Shown here: positions 49,826 through 63,140 of the stretch, piece after piece | How the letters are laid out: every line of letters starts with the position of its first letter | Position numbering within the stretch: position 1 is the first letter of the stretch | Source: Gammaproteobacteria bacterium | Lineage (GTDB): Bacteria; Pseudomonadota; Gammaproteobacteria; DAOVJZ01 | NCBI GenBank assembly: GCA_029882995.1 | Contig: JAOUJV010000002.1 | Span: forward strand, 7,330-71,329 | Length of the DNA stretch: 64,000 nt | Direction of reading: 5' to 3' | The notes under the pieces: model-generated | Seen by the model: only the letters and a program-made list of their open reading frames with translations | Database searches by the model: none | Told to the model about the DNA's origin: nothing | Made by a program: the position numbers and the translations under genes

Positions 49826-51838
49826 GTGGCTAAAAGTTTTTCAATAAATTGTCCTTTTGAACCCTCCGGCGACCAGCCTGAGGCCATCCGGTGTCTGACT
49901 GAGGGGTTAAATCGTGATGAATCCGGATTAACATTGCTGGGAGTGACCGGTTCCGGAAAAACATTCACTATTGCCAATGTTATTCAAAATGTACAACGCC
50001 CGACATTGGTGTTGGCCCCGAACAAGACATTGGCGGCGCAGTTATACGGGGAGATGAAGGAATTTTTCCCGAACAATGCGGTTGAGTATTTCGTTTCCTA
50101 TTATGATTATTATCAGCCCGAGGCCTATGTGCCATCGAGCGATACCTTCATAGAAAAAGACGCCTCCATCAATGAGCATATCGAGCAAATGCGGTTATCA
50201 GCAACCAAGTCACTGCTTGAGCGCGAGGACTGCATTATTGTCGCCACCGTTTCGGCCATTTATGGTCTGGGCGATCCCACTTCCTATCTTGATATGTCAT
50301 TGCGCCTTAAAGTTGGTGACCATCAGGAGCAACGACAACTGTTACACCGGTTGGCAACATTGCAATACAAACGCAATGACGTCGAATTACATCGCGCCAC
50401 ATTCCGTGTGCGTGGTGAGGTTATTGATGTATTTCCGGCCGAGTCTGATCGTGAGGCAGTGCGTATTGAATTGTTTGATGATGAGATAGAACGCCTGAGC
50501 TATTTTGATCCATTGACCGGTGAGGTGTTGGAGAAACTGGATTCCATTACTGTTTTTCCAAAGAATCATTATGTCACGCCACGCCAGACTATTCTGGATG
50601 CAGTAGAAAACATCAAGATTGAGCTAAGGGAACGTCTTCAGCAATTACGTGATCTGAATAAGCTGGTGGAAGAGCAAAGACTGGCACAACGTACCCAGTT
50701 TGATATCGAGATGATGCTCGAGCTGGGTTATTGCAGTGGTATTGAAAACTATTCGCGTTATTTGTCAGGTAGAGAGGCAGGAGAGCCGCCACCGACGTTA
50801 CTTGAATATTTACCGGACAATGCATTACTCGTCATTGATGAAAGCCATGTCACTGTGCCGCAATTAGGTGGCATGTATAAAGGTGATCGTTCGCGCAAAC
50901 AAAATCTGGTTGAATATGGCTTCCGTTTGCCTTCAGCGCTGGATAATCGTCCACTGCGATTTGATGAATTTGAAAAGCTCGCACCCCAGATGATTTTTGT
51001 CTCTGCCACCCCGGGCCAATATGAACATGAACATTCCGGTGCGGTGATTGAGCAGGTGGTACGCCCAACCGGACTGATCGATCCGGAAGTGGAAATCAGG
51101 CCGGTTACCACTCAGGTTGATGATTTGCTGTCTGAAATAAATAAACGAGCAGAAAAAAATGAACGTGTGCTGGTGACCACGTTAACCAAACGCATGGCAG
51201 AAGATCTGACAGACTATTTTGATGAACATGGCGTGAGAGTGCGTTATTTGCATTCTGATATTGATACTGTCGAGCGAATCGAGATTATTCGGGATCTGCG
51301 ACTGGGTGAATTTGATGTATTGATCGGCATTAATCTGTTGCGTGAAGGGCTCGATATTCCCGAAGTGTCACTGGTGGCTATTCTTGATGCCGACAAGGAA
51401 GGCTTCCTCCGTTCAGACAGATCACTTATCCAGACCATTGGACGTGCTGCACGTAATCTGAATGGCAAGGCCATCCTATACGCTGACAAGATGACCAACT
51501 CAATGAAACGGGCAATATCAGAAACTGATCGACGTCGCCAGAAACAGGTGGAGTACAACAAGGAACACAACATCACACCGAAAAGTATCCAGAAGGCAAT
51601 TAATGACATTATGGAAGAAGCACATGCAGGCCCTGTGACTAATGCAAAAGATTTTGCACAAGTGGCGGAGAAATTACTGGAATATGCCGCGCTGTCACCA
51701 GCCATGCTGATGAAGAAAATCCACAAGCTGGAACAGCAAATGCACCAACACGCCCAGAACCTCGAATTTGAAGAGGCGGCCAGGATCCGTGATCAAATCC
51801 GGGAAATGCAGAAAGCGAATATGGGGTTAGTAAAATAG
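49826..51838 (+). CDS. uvrB: Excinuclease ABC subunit B.
   Basis: Near-collinear with E. coli UvrB ('[11 protein letters not shown]...[10 protein letters not shown]...'). GTG start at 49826 giving '[17 protein letters not shown]'. Confidence 0.95.
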   Translation: MAKSFSINCPFEPSGDQPEAIRCLTEGLNRDESGLTLLGVTGSGKTFTIANVIQNVQRPTLVLAPNKTLAAQLYGEMKEFFPNNAVEYFVSYYDYYQPEAYVPSSDTFIEKDASINEHIEQMRLSATKSLLEREDCIIVATVSAIYGLGDPTSYLDMSLRLKVGDHQEQRQLLHRLATLQYKRNDVELHRATFRVRGEVIDVFPAESDREAVRIELFDDEIERLSYFDPLTGEVLEKLDSITVFPKNHYVTPRQTILDAVENIKIELRERLQQLRDLNKLVEEQRLAQRTQFDIEMMLELGYCSGIENYSRYLSGREAGEPPPTLLEYLPDNALLVIDESHVTVPQLGGMYKGDRSRKQNLVEYGFRLPSALDNRPLRFDEFEKLAPQMIFVSATPGQYEHEHSGAVIEQVVRPTGLIDPEVEIRPVTTQVDDLLSEINKRAEKNERVLVTTLTKRMAEDLTDYFDEHGVRVRYLHSDIDTVERIEIIRDLRLGEFDVLIGINLLREGLDIPEVSLVAILDADKEGFLRSDRSLIQTIGRAARNLNGKAILYADKMTNSMKRAISETDRRRQKQVEYNKEHNITPKSIQKAINDIMEEAHAGPVTNAKDFAQVAEKLLEYAALSPAMLMKKIHKLEQQMHQHAQNLEFEEAARIRDQIREMQKANMGLVK

Positions 51839-51990
51839 GCAGGGAGCAGGCAATGATATTGCCTTATAATAGGGTTCTTTTTTATATATGATTAACAAAC
51901 TATTAAATCTTTGTTGGATAAAGTACATTTTATCTATATTTCGATAAATACTGGCCTTAAGATATGTAGATATCGACAGAAGAAACAAAT

Positions 51991-53076
51991 ATGGTTAAAA
52001 ATTTAGCAGAACGTTTTTTAGTGACAGGTGGTGCTGGTTTCATTGGATCTGCGGTAATACGGTTTCTAATCCAAGAGACGGAACACCAGGTCATAAATCT
52101 CGACAAACTGACTTATGCGGGGAATTTAGAATCTCTGGATATGGTATCTAGCAGTGATCGATACTCTTTTGAGCAGGTAGATATTTGTGATCGCCAGGAG
52201 GTTGAGCGGGTGTTTAAGGAATACTGCCCCAATGTAGTCATGCATCTAGCAGCAGAATCTCATGTAGATCGTTCTATCGGTGGACCAGCTGAGTTTATTC
52301 AGACCAACATAAATGGCACCTATATTATGCAAGAGGTTGCCTGTCAGTATTGGCAATCCTTGCAGCATGAAGAAAAGGAGAGTTTTCGTTTTCATCATAT
52401 TTCTACTGATGAAGTCTACGGTAGTTTAGATGATAGTGGTCTGTTTTCAGAAGAAACAAGGTATGATCCTAGTTCACCATATTCTGCTAGTAAGGCAGCA
52501 TCTGATCATTTAGTGCGCGCTTGGCATCGCACCTATGGTTTACCCGTGGTACTCACAAATTGCTCTAATAATTATGGACCGTACCAATTTCCAGAGAAAT
52601 TGATACCACTTATCATTCTTAATGCCATTGAGGGTAAACCTCTACCAATCTATGGTAAAGGAGATCATATTCGTGATTGGCTTTATGTTGAAGATCATGT
52701 GCGTGCATTATTGACAGTAATAAAAAATGGGTGTGTTGGCGAGACCTATAATATTGGCGGAAATAATGAGAAGACTAATTTAGAGGTTGTTAAAGCTATC
52801 TGCGCCATTTTAGATGATTTAGTCCCTGATCATCCGGCAGGTATTGAACGATATGAAGAATTGATTACATATGTTGAAGACAGGCCAGGTCATGATCAGC
52901 GTTATGCGATAGATGCCACCAAAATTCAGCAAGAATTAGGCTGGGAGCCAGTAGAGACTTTTGAAAGCGGTATTAAAAAAACAGTACAGTGGTATCTGAA
53001 TAATTATGAATGGTGTCAACATGCTCTTGATGGAAACTATAATAGAGAGCGACTTGGCCTTCTTTCTTTAAAGTAA
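51991..53076 (+). CDS. rmlB: dTDP-glucose 4,6-dehydratase.
   Basis: '[14 protein letters not shown]', 'HISTDEVYG', '[15 protein letters not shown]'. Confidence 0.95.
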   Translation: MVKNLAERFLVTGGAGFIGSAVIRFLIQETEHQVINLDKLTYAGNLESLDMVSSSDRYSFEQVDICDRQEVERVFKEYCPNVVMHLAAESHVDRSIGGPAEFIQTNINGTYIMQEVACQYWQSLQHEEKESFRFHHISTDEVYGSLDDSGLFSEETRYDPSSPYSASKAASDHLVRAWHRTYGLPVVLTNCSNNYGPYQFPEKLIPLIILNAIEGKPLPIYGKGDHIRDWLYVEDHVRALLTVIKNGCVGETYNIGGNNEKTNLEVVKAICAILDDLVPDHPAGIERYEELITYVEDRPGHDQRYAIDATKIQQELGWEPVETFESGIKKTVQWYLNNYEWCQHALDGNYNRERLGLLSLK

Positions 53077-53096
53077 AAGTAAAAGTAAAATAATTT

Positions 53097-53975
53097 ATGA
53101 AAGGTATTATACTTGCTGGCGGTCTGGGTACACGTCTTTATCCTATTACGAATGCTGTTTCCAAGCAGCTTTTGCCTGTCTATGATAAACCAATGGTTTA
53201 CTATCCGTTATCTACTTTAATGTTGGCAGGGATAAAAGATATTTTAGTGATATCAACGACTCAGGACTTACCTCGTTTTGAATCTTTATTAGGAGATGGT
53301 AGCCAGTGGGGCATGACTCTGTCCTATGCTGCACAACCTAGGCCTGAGGGGCTTGCACAAGCATTTATTATTGGAGAGAAATTTATTGCTGGTGACTCAT
53401 GTGCTTTAGTATTGGGAGATAACCTATTTTATGGAGATGGTTTATCCAAATTAATAAAGGAATCAGTAGTAAAAAACAATGGCGCAACAATTTTTGCATA
53501 TCCTGTCAAAGATCCAGAACGTTATGGTGTGGTAGAATTTGATAGTAGGCAACATGCTATCAATATAGAAGAAAAACCCAAACAACCAAAATCTAATTAT
53601 GCCGTTACAGGGCTCTATTTTTATGATCACCAAGTGGTTGATATTGCTCATTCAATAAAGCCTTCTTCTCGAGGTGAGTTAGAGATCACTGATGTGAATC
53701 GCATTTATTTGGAAAGAGGGCTGCTCGATGTTAAAGTTTTGGGACGTGGAATGGCGTGGCTTGACACAGGAACCCATGAGTCTTTGCTTGAAGCTTCGCA
53801 ATTTATTCATACGCTTGAGAAGCGTCAGGGCATGAAGGTGGCATGTCCGGAAGAAATTGCATGGAAGAATGCATGGATCAATAATGAGGAATTAAAGGGT
53901 ATAGCTAATATGCTTTCCAATAATGAATACGGGCAGTATTTGCTAAATTTGTTGAATATGGAAAACATATATTAA
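53097..53975 (+). CDS. rmlA: Glucose-1-phosphate thymidylyltransferase.
   Basis: '[18 protein letters not shown]...[18 protein letters not shown]'. Confidence 0.95.
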   Translation: MKGIILAGGLGTRLYPITNAVSKQLLPVYDKPMVYYPLSTLMLAGIKDILVISTTQDLPRFESLLGDGSQWGMTLSYAAQPRPEGLAQAFIIGEKFIAGDSCALVLGDNLFYGDGLSKLIKESVVKNNGATIFAYPVKDPERYGVVEFDSRQHAINIEEKPKQPKSNYAVTGLYFYDHQVVDIAHSIKPSSRGELEITDVNRIYLERGLLDVKVLGRGMAWLDTGTHESLLEASQFIHTLEKRQGMKVACPEEIAWKNAWINNEELKGIANMLSNNEYGQYLLNLLNMENIY

Positions 53976-54520
53976 TGAATGTAGTTGATACAAAAATTGC
54001 TGATCTTCTTATTATTGAGCCAAAGGTATTTAGTGATGATCGTGGATTCTTCATGGAAAACTACAGTCATAAATTGTTTTCTGAGGCACTTGGAGGTGTT
54101 CAGGAATTTGTGCAAGATAATCACTCCCGTTCAAAAAAGAATGTATTACGTGGTTTGCACTACCAGATTAAACAGCCTCAGGGGAAACTGGTTCAGGTAA
54201 TACAAGGTTGTATTTATGATGTTGCAGTAGACGTGCGTCGTTCATCCCCTACGTTTGGTCACTGGGTTGGGATAGAACTTTCCGGGGATAATCATCGTCA
54301 ACTTTGGATTCCATCGGGATTTGCGCATGGATTTCTGGTTCTCTCAGAACAAGCAGATATCATCTACAAGACCACCGATTATTATGCTCCCGAATATGAG
54401 CGTTGTATTCGTTGGGATGATGCTGATATTGGAATAAATTGGCCACATAGTGAAAACTTGGTGTTATCCATCAAGGATGCTGAGGGAGAATCGTTTCAAA
54501 ATGCAGAAGTATTCAAATGA
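53975..54520 (+). CDS. rmlC: dTDP-4-dehydrorhamnose 3,5-epimerase.
   Basis: 'FSDDRGFFMENY...LRGLHYQ' is the cupin RmlC signature. Confidence 0.95.
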   Translation: MNVVDTKIADLLIIEPKVFSDDRGFFMENYSHKLFSEALGGVQEFVQDNHSRSKKNVLRGLHYQIKQPQGKLVQVIQGCIYDVAVDVRRSSPTFGHWVGIELSGDNHRQLWIPSGFAHGFLVLSEQADIIYKTTDYYAPEYERCIRWDDADIGINWPHSENLVLSIKDAEGESFQNAEVFK

Positions 54521-55425
54521 AAATTCTTATATTTGGTTGTTCTGGACAGGTGGGTTGGGAACTACAGCGCCATTTGCACTCACTGGGAGAAGTGATCACA
54601 TTTGGTCGTGAGCAAGCAGATTTCTCAAAACCTGAAAAAATACGTGCACTTGTACGTAAAATCAAAGCCGATATTATTGTCAACGCAGTTGCTTACACAA
54701 ATGTTGATAAGGCCGAGTCAGAAGAAGAGCTGGCAACTGTCATCAATGGTATAACCCCTGGCGTACTTGCGGAAGAAGCTTCGAATGGTGGCTCACTATT
54801 AGTTCACTATTCAACAGATTACGTGTTTGATGGCGAAAAAACCGAGCCATATACGGAAATAGATATACCAAATCCTGTTAATGCTTATGGTAGAAGCAAA
54901 ATACTTGGGGAACAAGAAATCCAGTCAAGTGGCGCAGATTATTTAATATTGCGAACTTCTTGGATATATGCATCGCGAGGAAACAATTTTTTACGTACTA
55001 TTTTGCGCCGGGCTACAGAACAGGATGAACTAAGTATTGTTAATGACCAGATTGGAGCACCCACATGGGCGCGTTTGATTGCGGAAACAACGGAGCATTG
55101 CCTGCACATATCTGCTGATGAAAGACAAAATAAAATATTTACATCAGGGATATACCACTTGGCCTCAGCAGGAGATACATCTTGGTATGGGTTTGCTAAC
55201 AAGATTATTGAGCATATGCAGTCTTGGTCAGATAAGAAAATAACTATTGGCAATATCAATCCGATAAAATCTACTGAATATAAAAAATTAGTCAAACGGC
55301 CAATGAATTCTCGATTAAAAACGGAAAAACTGGAGAAAAAATTTGGGCTGGTTATGCCATTATGGGAAGATTCATTAAGACTTTGTATGGAGGAAGTTGT
55401 TAATAGCCCATCGCTATGTTCATGA
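54517..55425 (+). CDS. rmlD: dTDP-4-dehydrorhamnose reductase.
   Basis: 'MKILIFGCSGQVGWEL...VNAVAYTNVDKAESE...YVFDG' is the RmlD signature. Confidence 0.95.
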   Translation: MKILIFGCSGQVGWELQRHLHSLGEVITFGREQADFSKPEKIRALVRKIKADIIVNAVAYTNVDKAESEEELATVINGITPGVLAEEASNGGSLLVHYSTDYVFDGEKTEPYTEIDIPNPVNAYGRSKILGEQEIQSSGADYLILRTSWIYASRGNNFLRTILRRATEQDELSIVNDQIGAPTWARLIAETTEHCLHISADERQNKIFTSGIYHLASAGDTSWYGFANKIIEHMQSWSDKKITIGNINPIKSTEYKKLVKRPMNSRLKTEKLEKKFGLVMPLWEDSLRLCMEEVVNSPSLCS

Positions 55426-55557
55426 TATTATTAGTCAATAATTATGGTGAGTGTTTAGCCTGTTATGAAAAATGGGTTATCAATACCACCTGCGAGGGGA
55501 TTTTGCGCTCAAACTTGTAACTTTCCAGATTCAACCTTAAACTTACGCCTTCGTAGC

Positions 55558-55635
55558 AGGCGCGTAGCTCAGCTTGGTTAGAGCACCACCTTGACATGGT
55601 GGGGGTCGGTGGTTCGAGTCCACTCGCGCCTACCA
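55558..55635 (+). tRNA. tRNA-Val (anticodon GAC).
   Basis: Nearly identical to E. coli tRNA-Val(GAC) from the D-arm through the T-arm. Acceptor AGGCGCG/CGCGCCT. 78 nt ending in CCA. Confidence 0.9.
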
Positions 55636-55640
55636 ATTTT

Positions 55641-55669
55641 CAGCACTGACAGTTCAGTGCTTTTTTATT
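55641..55669 (+). terminator. Rho-independent terminator after tRNA-Val.
   Basis: Stem AGCACTG ... CAGTGCT followed by TTTTTTATT. Confidence 0.7.
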
Positions 55670-55724
55670 GAATAATGGATCATGTGGCCTCTCGTATGGG
55701 TCACCACTGAAAGAGACTAACAAC

Positions 55725-57650
55725 ATGCCAACAATTACTCTCCCTGACGGAAGTCAACGTTCCTTCGATAACCCGGTCTCCATTCATGATGTCGCCGCCG
55801 ATATTGGCCCTGGTCTGGCAAAGGCAGCACTTGCTGGCAAGATCAATGACAAATTGCTCGATACCTCGTTTGTCATCGAAAACGATGCCGACCTCAGTAT
55901 TATTACAGAGCGTGATGAAGAAGGGCTGGAAATTATTCGTCATTCCACTGCGCATTTACTTGCACAGGCAGTGAAAGAACTCTATCCCGAAGCACAAGTC
56001 ACCATCGGCCCGGTCATTGAAGATGGTTTCTATTATGACTTTGCCTATGATCCCGGTTTTGGTCCGGATGATCTGGTCGCGATTGAAAAGAAAATGACTG
56101 AACTTGCCAAGCAGGATTTTGCAGTGAGTCGTTCTGTGATGGTGCGTGAAGAGGCGATCGATTTTTTCAGAAACATGGGCGAGGACTACAAGGCAAAAAT
56201 TATTGAAGACATTCCCAAAGGCGAGGAACTGTCACTCTACAAACAAGGTGAGTTTATTGATTTATGCCGCGGCCCGCATGTGCCTAACACCGGCAAGATT
56301 AAGGCATTCAAACTCATGAAGCTGGCCGGTGCTTACTGGCGCGGTGATTCCAATAATGAAATGCTGCAACGCATTTATGGCACTGCATGGACAGACAAGA
56401 AAGCACTTAAGGCCTATTTGCATCGACTGGAAGAAGCGGAGAAACGTGATCATCGCAAACTGGCCAAGAAACTGGATCTGTTTCATTTACAGGAAGAAGC
56501 ACCGGGCATGGTGTTCTGGCACGACAAAGGCTGGAGTGTGTACCAGCGCGTAGTGGATTACATTCGTGCTGTGTTGATCAAAAACAATTATCAGGAAGTT
56601 CACACACCGCAGGTGGTGGATCGTTCTTTGTGGGAAAAGTCCGGACACTGGGACAAGTTTAAGGACATGATGTTTACCACACATTCCGAGAATCGGGATT
56701 ATGCAGTCAAGCCAATGAACTGTCCGTGTCATATCCAGATATTCAATCAGGGGCTCAAGAGTTACCGTGACCTGCCGTTGAGAATGGCGGAGTTTGGCTC
56801 CTGTCATCGTAATGAACCCTCCGGTACCTTGCATGGCCTGATGCGTTTACGTAATTTTGTGCAGGACGATGCCCATATTTTTTGTACCGAGGATCAGCTT
56901 CAGGGCGAGGTCAGCGAGTTTATTGATCTCCTGTTCAAGGTCTATGCTGACTTCGGGTTTACCGACATTATTATCAAGCTTTCCACCCGCCCTGAACAGC
57001 GTGTGGGTTCGGATGAAGTATGGGATCGGGCCGAACATGCACTTGAGCAGGCTTTAAACTCCAAGAAACTGGATTGGGATTTACAACCGGGTGAGGGCGC
57101 CTTCTATGGGCCTAAAATCGAGTTTTCCCTGAAAGACTGTATTGGTCGGGTATGGCAATGTGGCACTATTCAGGTGGATTTCTCCATGCCGGGGCGTCTG
57201 AGCGCGACCTATGTTGCCGAAGATGGCAGCAAGCAGGTGCCGGTCATGCTCCATCGAGCAATTTTGGGTTCATTGGAGCGATTTATCGGGATTTTGATAG
57301 AAGAATTTGCCGGCTCATTCCCGCTCTGGCTGGCGCCGGTACAGGCTGTGGTGGTCAATATTACTGACAAGCAGGCCGATTATGGAGCAAAAGTTGAAGA
57401 AATCCTGAAAAAACAAGGAATCAGGGTCATTTCGGACTTGAGAAATGAGAAGATCGGCTTTAAAATTCGCGAGCACACAATTCGACGGGTTCCGTACATA
57501 CTGGTTGTAGGGGACCGCGAAGTGGAAACGAATACTTTGGCCGTGCGCACGCGAGACGGTAAAGACCTGGGAAGTATGTCGATTGAGACACTTTCTGAAA
57601 GGCTTACCGGTGAAATCGCGCGCCGCGGTTTAACTTTATTGGAGGAATAG
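55725..57650 (+). CDS. thrS: Threonine--tRNA ligase.
   Basis: '[34 protein letters not shown]' matches the E. coli ThrS N-terminus. The full-length class II aaRS motifs are present. The ORF-track start at 55668 is upstream and spurious. Confidence 0.95.
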   Translation: MPTITLPDGSQRSFDNPVSIHDVAADIGPGLAKAALAGKINDKLLDTSFVIENDADLSIITERDEEGLEIIRHSTAHLLAQAVKELYPEAQVTIGPVIEDGFYYDFAYDPGFGPDDLVAIEKKMTELAKQDFAVSRSVMVREEAIDFFRNMGEDYKAKIIEDIPKGEELSLYKQGEFIDLCRGPHVPNTGKIKAFKLMKLAGAYWRGDSNNEMLQRIYGTAWTDKKALKAYLHRLEEAEKRDHRKLAKKLDLFHLQEEAPGMVFWHDKGWSVYQRVVDYIRAVLIKNNYQEVHTPQVVDRSLWEKSGHWDKFKDMMFTTHSENRDYAVKPMNCPCHIQIFNQGLKSYRDLPLRMAEFGSCHRNEPSGTLHGLMRLRNFVQDDAHIFCTEDQLQGEVSEFIDLLFKVYADFGFTDIIIKLSTRPEQRVGSDEVWDRAEHALEQALNSKKLDWDLQPGEGAFYGPKIEFSLKDCIGRVWQCGTIQVDFSMPGRLSATYVAEDGSKQVPVMLHRAILGSLERFIGILIEEFAGSFPLWLAPVQAVVVNITDKQADYGAKVEEILKKQGIRVISDLRNEKIGFKIREHTIRRVPYILVVGDREVETNTLAVRTRDGKDLGSMSIETLSERLTGEIARRGLTLLEE

Positions 57651-57662
57651 CACATCGCTGTA

Positions 57663-58199
57663 GTGAGAAAGAGCTTTGCCGTAGCAAGCAAGAAAAAGAC
57701 ACGTATTAACGAAGAGATAGATACTCCGGAAGTACGTTTAATTGATGCTGATGGTGAACAGGTCGGGGTAGTCCCGATAGATAAGGCGCAACAACTTGCT
57801 ATTGATGTGGAACTGGATTTGGTTGAGATATCACCAAATGCGGAACCTCCAGTTTGCCGAATAATGGATTACGGCAAATATCAGTTTGAAGAAAGCAAGA
57901 AGCAACAGGCTTCCAAACGTAAACAGAAGCAGATTCACATCAAGGAAATCAAGTTTCGACCGGGAACGGAAGAAGCGGACTATCAGGTCAAGTTACGCAA
58001 CCTGATTCGGTTTTTGAGTGATGGTGACAAGGCGAAGATTACGTTGCGTTTTCGTGGACGTGAAATGGCCCACCAGGAATTGGGTAAACAATTACTGGAA
58101 AGGGTGGAGCAGGACCTTGCTGAATACGGTACTGTTGAACAGTTTCCAAAAATGGAAGGTCGTCAGATGGTGATGGTGCTGGCACCAAAGAAGAAGTGA
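57663..58199 (+). CDS. infC: Translation initiation factor IF-3.
   Basis: Collinear with E. coli IF3 ('[18 protein letters not shown]...EIKFRPGT'). The start codon is uncertain: GTG at 57663, or an in-frame non-canonical AUC at 57654. infC classically uses AUU. Confidence 0.9.
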   Translation: MRKSFAVASKKKTRINEEIDTPEVRLIDADGEQVGVVPIDKAQQLAIDVELDLVEISPNAEPPVCRIMDYGKYQFEESKKQQASKRKQKQIHIKEIKFRPGTEEADYQVKLRNLIRFLSDGDKAKITLRFRGREMAHQELGKQLLERVEQDLAEYGTVEQFPKMEGRQMVMVLAPKKK

Positions 58200-58223
58200 G
58201 AATTTTAGTTTAAGGATTTAATT

Positions 58224-58421
58224 ATGCCAAAGATGAAAAGTAACCGTGGAGCGGCAAAACGTTTCAAAAGCACAGCTTCTGGAAAGTTTAAACGTGCCCA
58301 GTCACACCGTCGTCATATTTTGACCAAGAAAAGTACAAAACGTAAACGTCAGCTACGTGAAGGTTTAATGGTTTGCAGTTCAGACCAGAAAGCAATCCAG
58401 CGGATGTTGCCATTTAGTTAA
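58224..58421 (+). CDS. rpmI: 50S ribosomal protein L35.
   Basis: '[15 protein letters not shown]...[12 protein letters not shown]'. Confidence 0.95.
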   Translation: MPKMKSNRGAAKRFKSTASGKFKRAQSHRRHILTKKSTKRKRQLREGLMVCSSDQKAIQRMLPFS

Positions 58422-58436
58422 TTAAGGAACGCAGTC

Positions 58437-58796
58437 ATGCCAAGAGTAAAGCGCGGTGTAACCGCCAGAGCCAAACACAAAAAAGTTATTGCCCAGGCAA
58501 AAGGGTATAGCGGACGTCGTAAAAACGTTTTCCGTGTTGCCACACAGGCAGTAACCAAGGCAGGTCAATATGCCTATCGTGATCGCCGCCAACGTAAGCG
58601 TCAGTTCCGTGCATTATGGATTGCACGTATCAATGCGGCTGCACGTGAATGTGGTATTTCATACAGCCGATTTATGAACGGTCTCGGCAGAGCGGAGATC
58701 GAAGTTGATCGGAAAGTACTTGCAGATATCGCAGTTTTTGATAAAGCAGCTTTCGCCGCCCTAGCCGACAAAGCGAAGGCCGCCCTGCCAAACTGA
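58437..58796 (+). CDS. rplT: 50S ribosomal protein L20.
   Basis: '[17 protein letters not shown]...[22 protein letters not shown]'. Confidence 0.95.
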   Translation: MPRVKRGVTARAKHKKVIAQAKGYSGRRKNVFRVATQAVTKAGQYAYRDRRQRKRQFRALWIARINAAARECGISYSRFMNGLGRAEIEVDRKVLADIAVFDKAAFAALADKAKAALPN

Positions 58797-58823
58797 TAGT
58801 TTGATCAGTTAATTAATACAAGA

Positions 58824-58856
58824 AAGGGAAAGGCCCAAGGTCTTTCCCTTTTTTAT
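58824..58856 (+). terminator. Rho-independent terminator/attenuator between rplT and pheS.
   Basis: Stem GGGAAAG-gcccaaggt-CTTTCCC followed by TTTTTTATT. Confidence 0.65.
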
Positions 58857-58879
58857 TGAACAAAAATAAATAACAATAA

Positions 58880-59902
<1,023 letters not shown>

Positions 59903-59917
59903 TAAAGTGAAATAAAA

Positions 59918-62293
59918 ATGAAATTTAGCGAACAATGGTTACGTGAGTGGGTTAACCCCAAAGTCAGTACAGCCGAGTTGTGTGAACAGTTCACTATGGC
60001 TGGTCTGGAAGTGGATTCGGTGGAACCGGCGGCACCCGATTTTGATGGCGTGGTTGTCGGCCATGTCCTGAAAGTTTCTGCTCATCCTGATGCAGACAAA
60101 CTGCGTGTGTGTGAAGTCAGTGTTGGCAAGGGCACACCGTTACAGGTTGTCTGTGGCGCACCAAACGTTAAAGAAGGAATGCATGTGCCGTTTGCACAAG
60201 TCGGCGCCTATATGCCGGGCGGTATGAAAATCAAACGTGCCAAACTGCGCGACGTAGAGTCGGAAGGCATGCTGTGTTCGGCAAAAGAACTGGGTTTATC
60301 CGACGACACCAGTGGTTTGATGGCGTTGCCTGACAAGGCACCTGCTGGCAAGGATTTGCGTAAATACCTCAATCTGGATGATCAGTTAATTGAAATTGAT
60401 TTAACCCCTAACCGCGGTGATTGCCTTGGCATGATTGGTATAGCCCGTGAAATTGGTGTATTGAATCGTTGCGATGTCAAAGAGCCTGCGATTGAAAAGA
60501 CAAAGGCAGGCTCAAAAGAAAAGTTTGATATCAAGGTGCAGGCTTCAAAGGATTGCCCACGCTATGTTGGACGTGTGATAACCGGTATCAATAACACAAC
60601 TGCTACTCCAGATTGGTTGGCTGAACGTTTACGTCGTAGTGGATTAAGCACTATTTCACCGGTTGTGGATGTAACCAATTATGTGTTGCTGGAACTGGGG
60701 CAGCCGATGCACGCATTTGATCTGCAAAAGCTGAACAAGGGTATCAAGGTGCGTCATGCCAAAGAAGGTGAAAAAATCACTTTACTGGATGGTAAGGAAG
60801 TAGCGCTAACCAAAGGCACACTTGTTATTGCTGATCATAAAGCACCACTTGCCATCGCCGGTGTAATGGGAGGAGAAGATTCTGGTGTGATTGAATCAAC
60901 GACCAGCATTCTTCTTGAAAGCGCCTTCTTTGTACCTGATGCGATAGCAGGCAAGGCGCGTAGCTATGGTTTACATACGGATTCTTCCTATCGCTTTGAG
61001 CGTGGTGTGGATCCGGAAATGCAAAAACGTGCAATTGAACGCGCTACTGCATTATTGCTGGATATTGTTGGCGGTGAAGCCGGACCCGTGATGGAAGTGG
61101 TAAGTAAAGAACATCTGCCAAAGCGTCAATCAGTTAAATTAAGACGCAACAGAATTACACAAGTGCTTGGCATTACCCTTTCAGATAAAGATGTTGAAGA
61201 AATATTGACTCGACTTGGAATGAAAGTAACAAGCACAAAAGATGGCTGGAAAGTCACGCCACCAAGTTATCGTTTTGATATTGAAATTGAAGTCGATCTG
61301 ATCGAGGAACTTGGGCGCATTTACGGTTACAGTCGTATTGAAAGTAAACAACCAACAACCCCAATGCACATTCTTCCTGTTTCCGAAAAGAAAATTGAAA
61401 TGCAGCGTGTGCGCTCTGTTTTGATTGACCGTGGTTATCAAGAAGCAATCACATACAGCTTTGTTGAGCCCAAGTTGCAGAAATTATTGATTCCAGATGT
61501 AGAAGGCGTTGCTCTGGCAAACCCGATTTCATCGGACATGTCGATGATGCGTACCAGCTTGTGGCCAGGATTGATTCAAGCGGCATCTTATAATCAGAAT
61601 CGACAACAATCGCGTATCCGATTATTTGAAGCCGGTCTCGTTTTTGAGCAACACAAGGATGCTATTGTGCAGGAAAGCAGGATAGCTGGCCTCGCATTGG
61701 GTGAAGTGGAACCTGAGCAATGGGGAGCACAAGGCAGGCTAATTGATTTCTATGATGTAAAAGCCGATGTAGAGGCCTTGTTAGGGCTGGGAGGCACGAT
61801 AGGCGGTCAATTTGAAGCGGATAGCTGTGCAGCGCTACATCCGGGACAGAGCGCTAAAATTCTTGTTGGAGGAAAGGCGGTTGGATGGATTGGAGTATTG
61901 CATCCTTCGGTAACGCAAGCTGTTGAACTTACAGGAAATCCTGTCATTTTTGAGCTAAAATTAGAGGCTATTTTGCAGGCAAATGTTGCTAAATTCGTCG
62001 AAATATCAAAATATCCGTCGATAAGACGTGATATTGCGATTATCGTCGATGAGCAAATTAGCTCAAAAAGTGTACAGGAATGTATCGAAAAGTCGGCTGG
62101 ATCATTGCTGAACAATGTTGTGTTATTTGACATGTATCAGGGCAAAGGTATTGATTCAGGTAGAAAAAGTCTCACTTTGGGCTTGACCTTGGGCGATTCT
62201 TCACGCACTCTTATGGAGGAGGATGTTGAGGCTGTTTTGGAAGAAGTTGTCTCGGCACTTAATAATAAACTTGGAGCGGTATTGAGAGACTAG
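59918..62293 (+). CDS. pheT: Phenylalanine--tRNA ligase beta subunit.
   Basis: 791 aa with an N-terminal tRNA-binding domain '[11 protein letters not shown]' plus B3/B4, B5 and FDX-ACB domains. Collinear with PheT. Confidence 0.95.
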   Translation: MKFSEQWLREWVNPKVSTAELCEQFTMAGLEVDSVEPAAPDFDGVVVGHVLKVSAHPDADKLRVCEVSVGKGTPLQVVCGAPNVKEGMHVPFAQVGAYMPGGMKIKRAKLRDVESEGMLCSAKELGLSDDTSGLMALPDKAPAGKDLRKYLNLDDQLIEIDLTPNRGDCLGMIGIAREIGVLNRCDVKEPAIEKTKAGSKEKFDIKVQASKDCPRYVGRVITGINNTTATPDWLAERLRRSGLSTISPVVDVTNYVLLELGQPMHAFDLQKLNKGIKVRHAKEGEKITLLDGKEVALTKGTLVIADHKAPLAIAGVMGGEDSGVIESTTSILLESAFFVPDAIAGKARSYGLHTDSSYRFERGVDPEMQKRAIERATALLLDIVGGEAGPVMEVVSKEHLPKRQSVKLRRNRITQVLGITLSDKDVEEILTRLGMKVTSTKDGWKVTPPSYRFDIEIEVDLIEELGRIYGYSRIESKQPTTPMHILPVSEKKIEMQRVRSVLIDRGYQEAITYSFVEPKLQKLLIPDVEGVALANPISSDMSMMRTSLWPGLIQAASYNQNRQQSRIRLFEAGLVFEQHKDAIVQESRIAGLALGEVEPEQWGAQGRLIDFYDVKADVEALLGLGGTIGGQFEADSCAALHPGQSAKILVGGKAVGWIGVLHPSVTQAVELTGNPVIFELKLEAILQANVAKFVEISKYPSIRRDIAIIVDEQISSKSVQECIEKSAGSLLNNVVLFDMYQGKGIDSGRKSLTLGLTLGDSSRTLMEEDVEAVLEEVVSALNNKLGAVLRD

Positions 62294-62297
62294 GCGT

Positions 62298-62600
62298 ATG
62301 GCATTGACTAAGGCCGATATGGCTGAAAAATTGTTTGAAGAACTTGGACTTAACAAGCGTGAGGCCAAGGAAATCGTGGAAACCTTCTTTGAGGAAATCA
62401 GACAAGCCCTTGAAACAGGTGTTCAGGTCAAATTATCCGGTTTCGGCAATTTCGATTTAAGAGACAAAAACCAAAGACCTGGGCGAAACCCGAAAACAGG
62501 AGAAGAGATTCCCATTTCGGCCCGAAGAGTGGTAACCTTTCGACCAGGACAAAAACTAAAAGCACGGGTGGAGGCATATGCTGGAGGCCAGCAACAATAA
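62298..62600 (+). CDS. ihfA: Integration host factor alpha subunit.
   Basis: '[18 protein letters not shown]...[45 protein letters not shown]' is about 80% identical to E. coli IhfA. Confidence 0.95.
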   Translation: MALTKADMAEKLFEELGLNKREAKEIVETFFEEIRQALETGVQVKLSGFGNFDLRDKNQRPGRNPKTGEEIPISARRVVTFRPGQKLKARVEAYAGGQQQ

Positions 62601-62946
62601 CGAATTACCAGTAATACCGGGCAAACGGTATTTTACAATCGGTGAAGTCAGTGAGTTGTGCGGAGTCAAACCCCACGTACTCAGATACTGGGAACAAGAA
62701 TTCCCTCAATTAAAACCTATCAAACGCAGAGGTAACAGACGTTACTATCAACGTCATGACGTTGTCATGATTCGTCAGATACGTAGCCTGTTATACGAAG
62801 AAGGTTTTACCATCGGTGGTGCGCGTCAGAAGCTGAGTAATGGTGGAGTGCAGGAAAATGCATCTACTGATTCTTCAGCGACCAAAGAAGCGATTCAGCA
62901 ACTCAGAGCAGAACTTGAGGAAGTACTCGCAATACTCAAGGTGTAA
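62578..62946 (+). CDS. MerR-family transcriptional regulator, the conserved gene downstream of ihfA.
   Basis: HTH '[25 protein letters not shown]' is MerR-type. It overlaps the end of ihfA by 23 nt. Confidence 0.75.
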   Translation: MLEASNNNELPVIPGKRYFTIGEVSELCGVKPHVLRYWEQEFPQLKPIKRRGNRRYYQRHDVVMIRQIRSLLYEEGFTIGGARQKLSNGGVQENASTDSSATKEAIQQLRAELEEVLAILKV

Positions 62947-63029
62947 AACATTTCTAAACTACATTCATTCCGGAATGTAGTTGCAAACAACGCATCACAC
63001 TCCTTGTGATGTGTTTTCAAAAATCAAAT

Positions 63030-63106
<77 letters not shown>

Positions 63107-63140
63107 GTAATATTTTTATTGTTTTCAAGAAGTGTGTAAG

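Noticed and set aside
49700-49826. Looked for a LexA (SOS) box upstream of uvrB, and for CRISPR arrays or IS elements anywhere in the window.
   Set aside because: No CTGT-N8-ACAG palindrome is visible in the uvrB upstream region. No regularly spaced short repeats and no transposase or integrase ORFs were seen anywhere in the 64 kb. None were reported.
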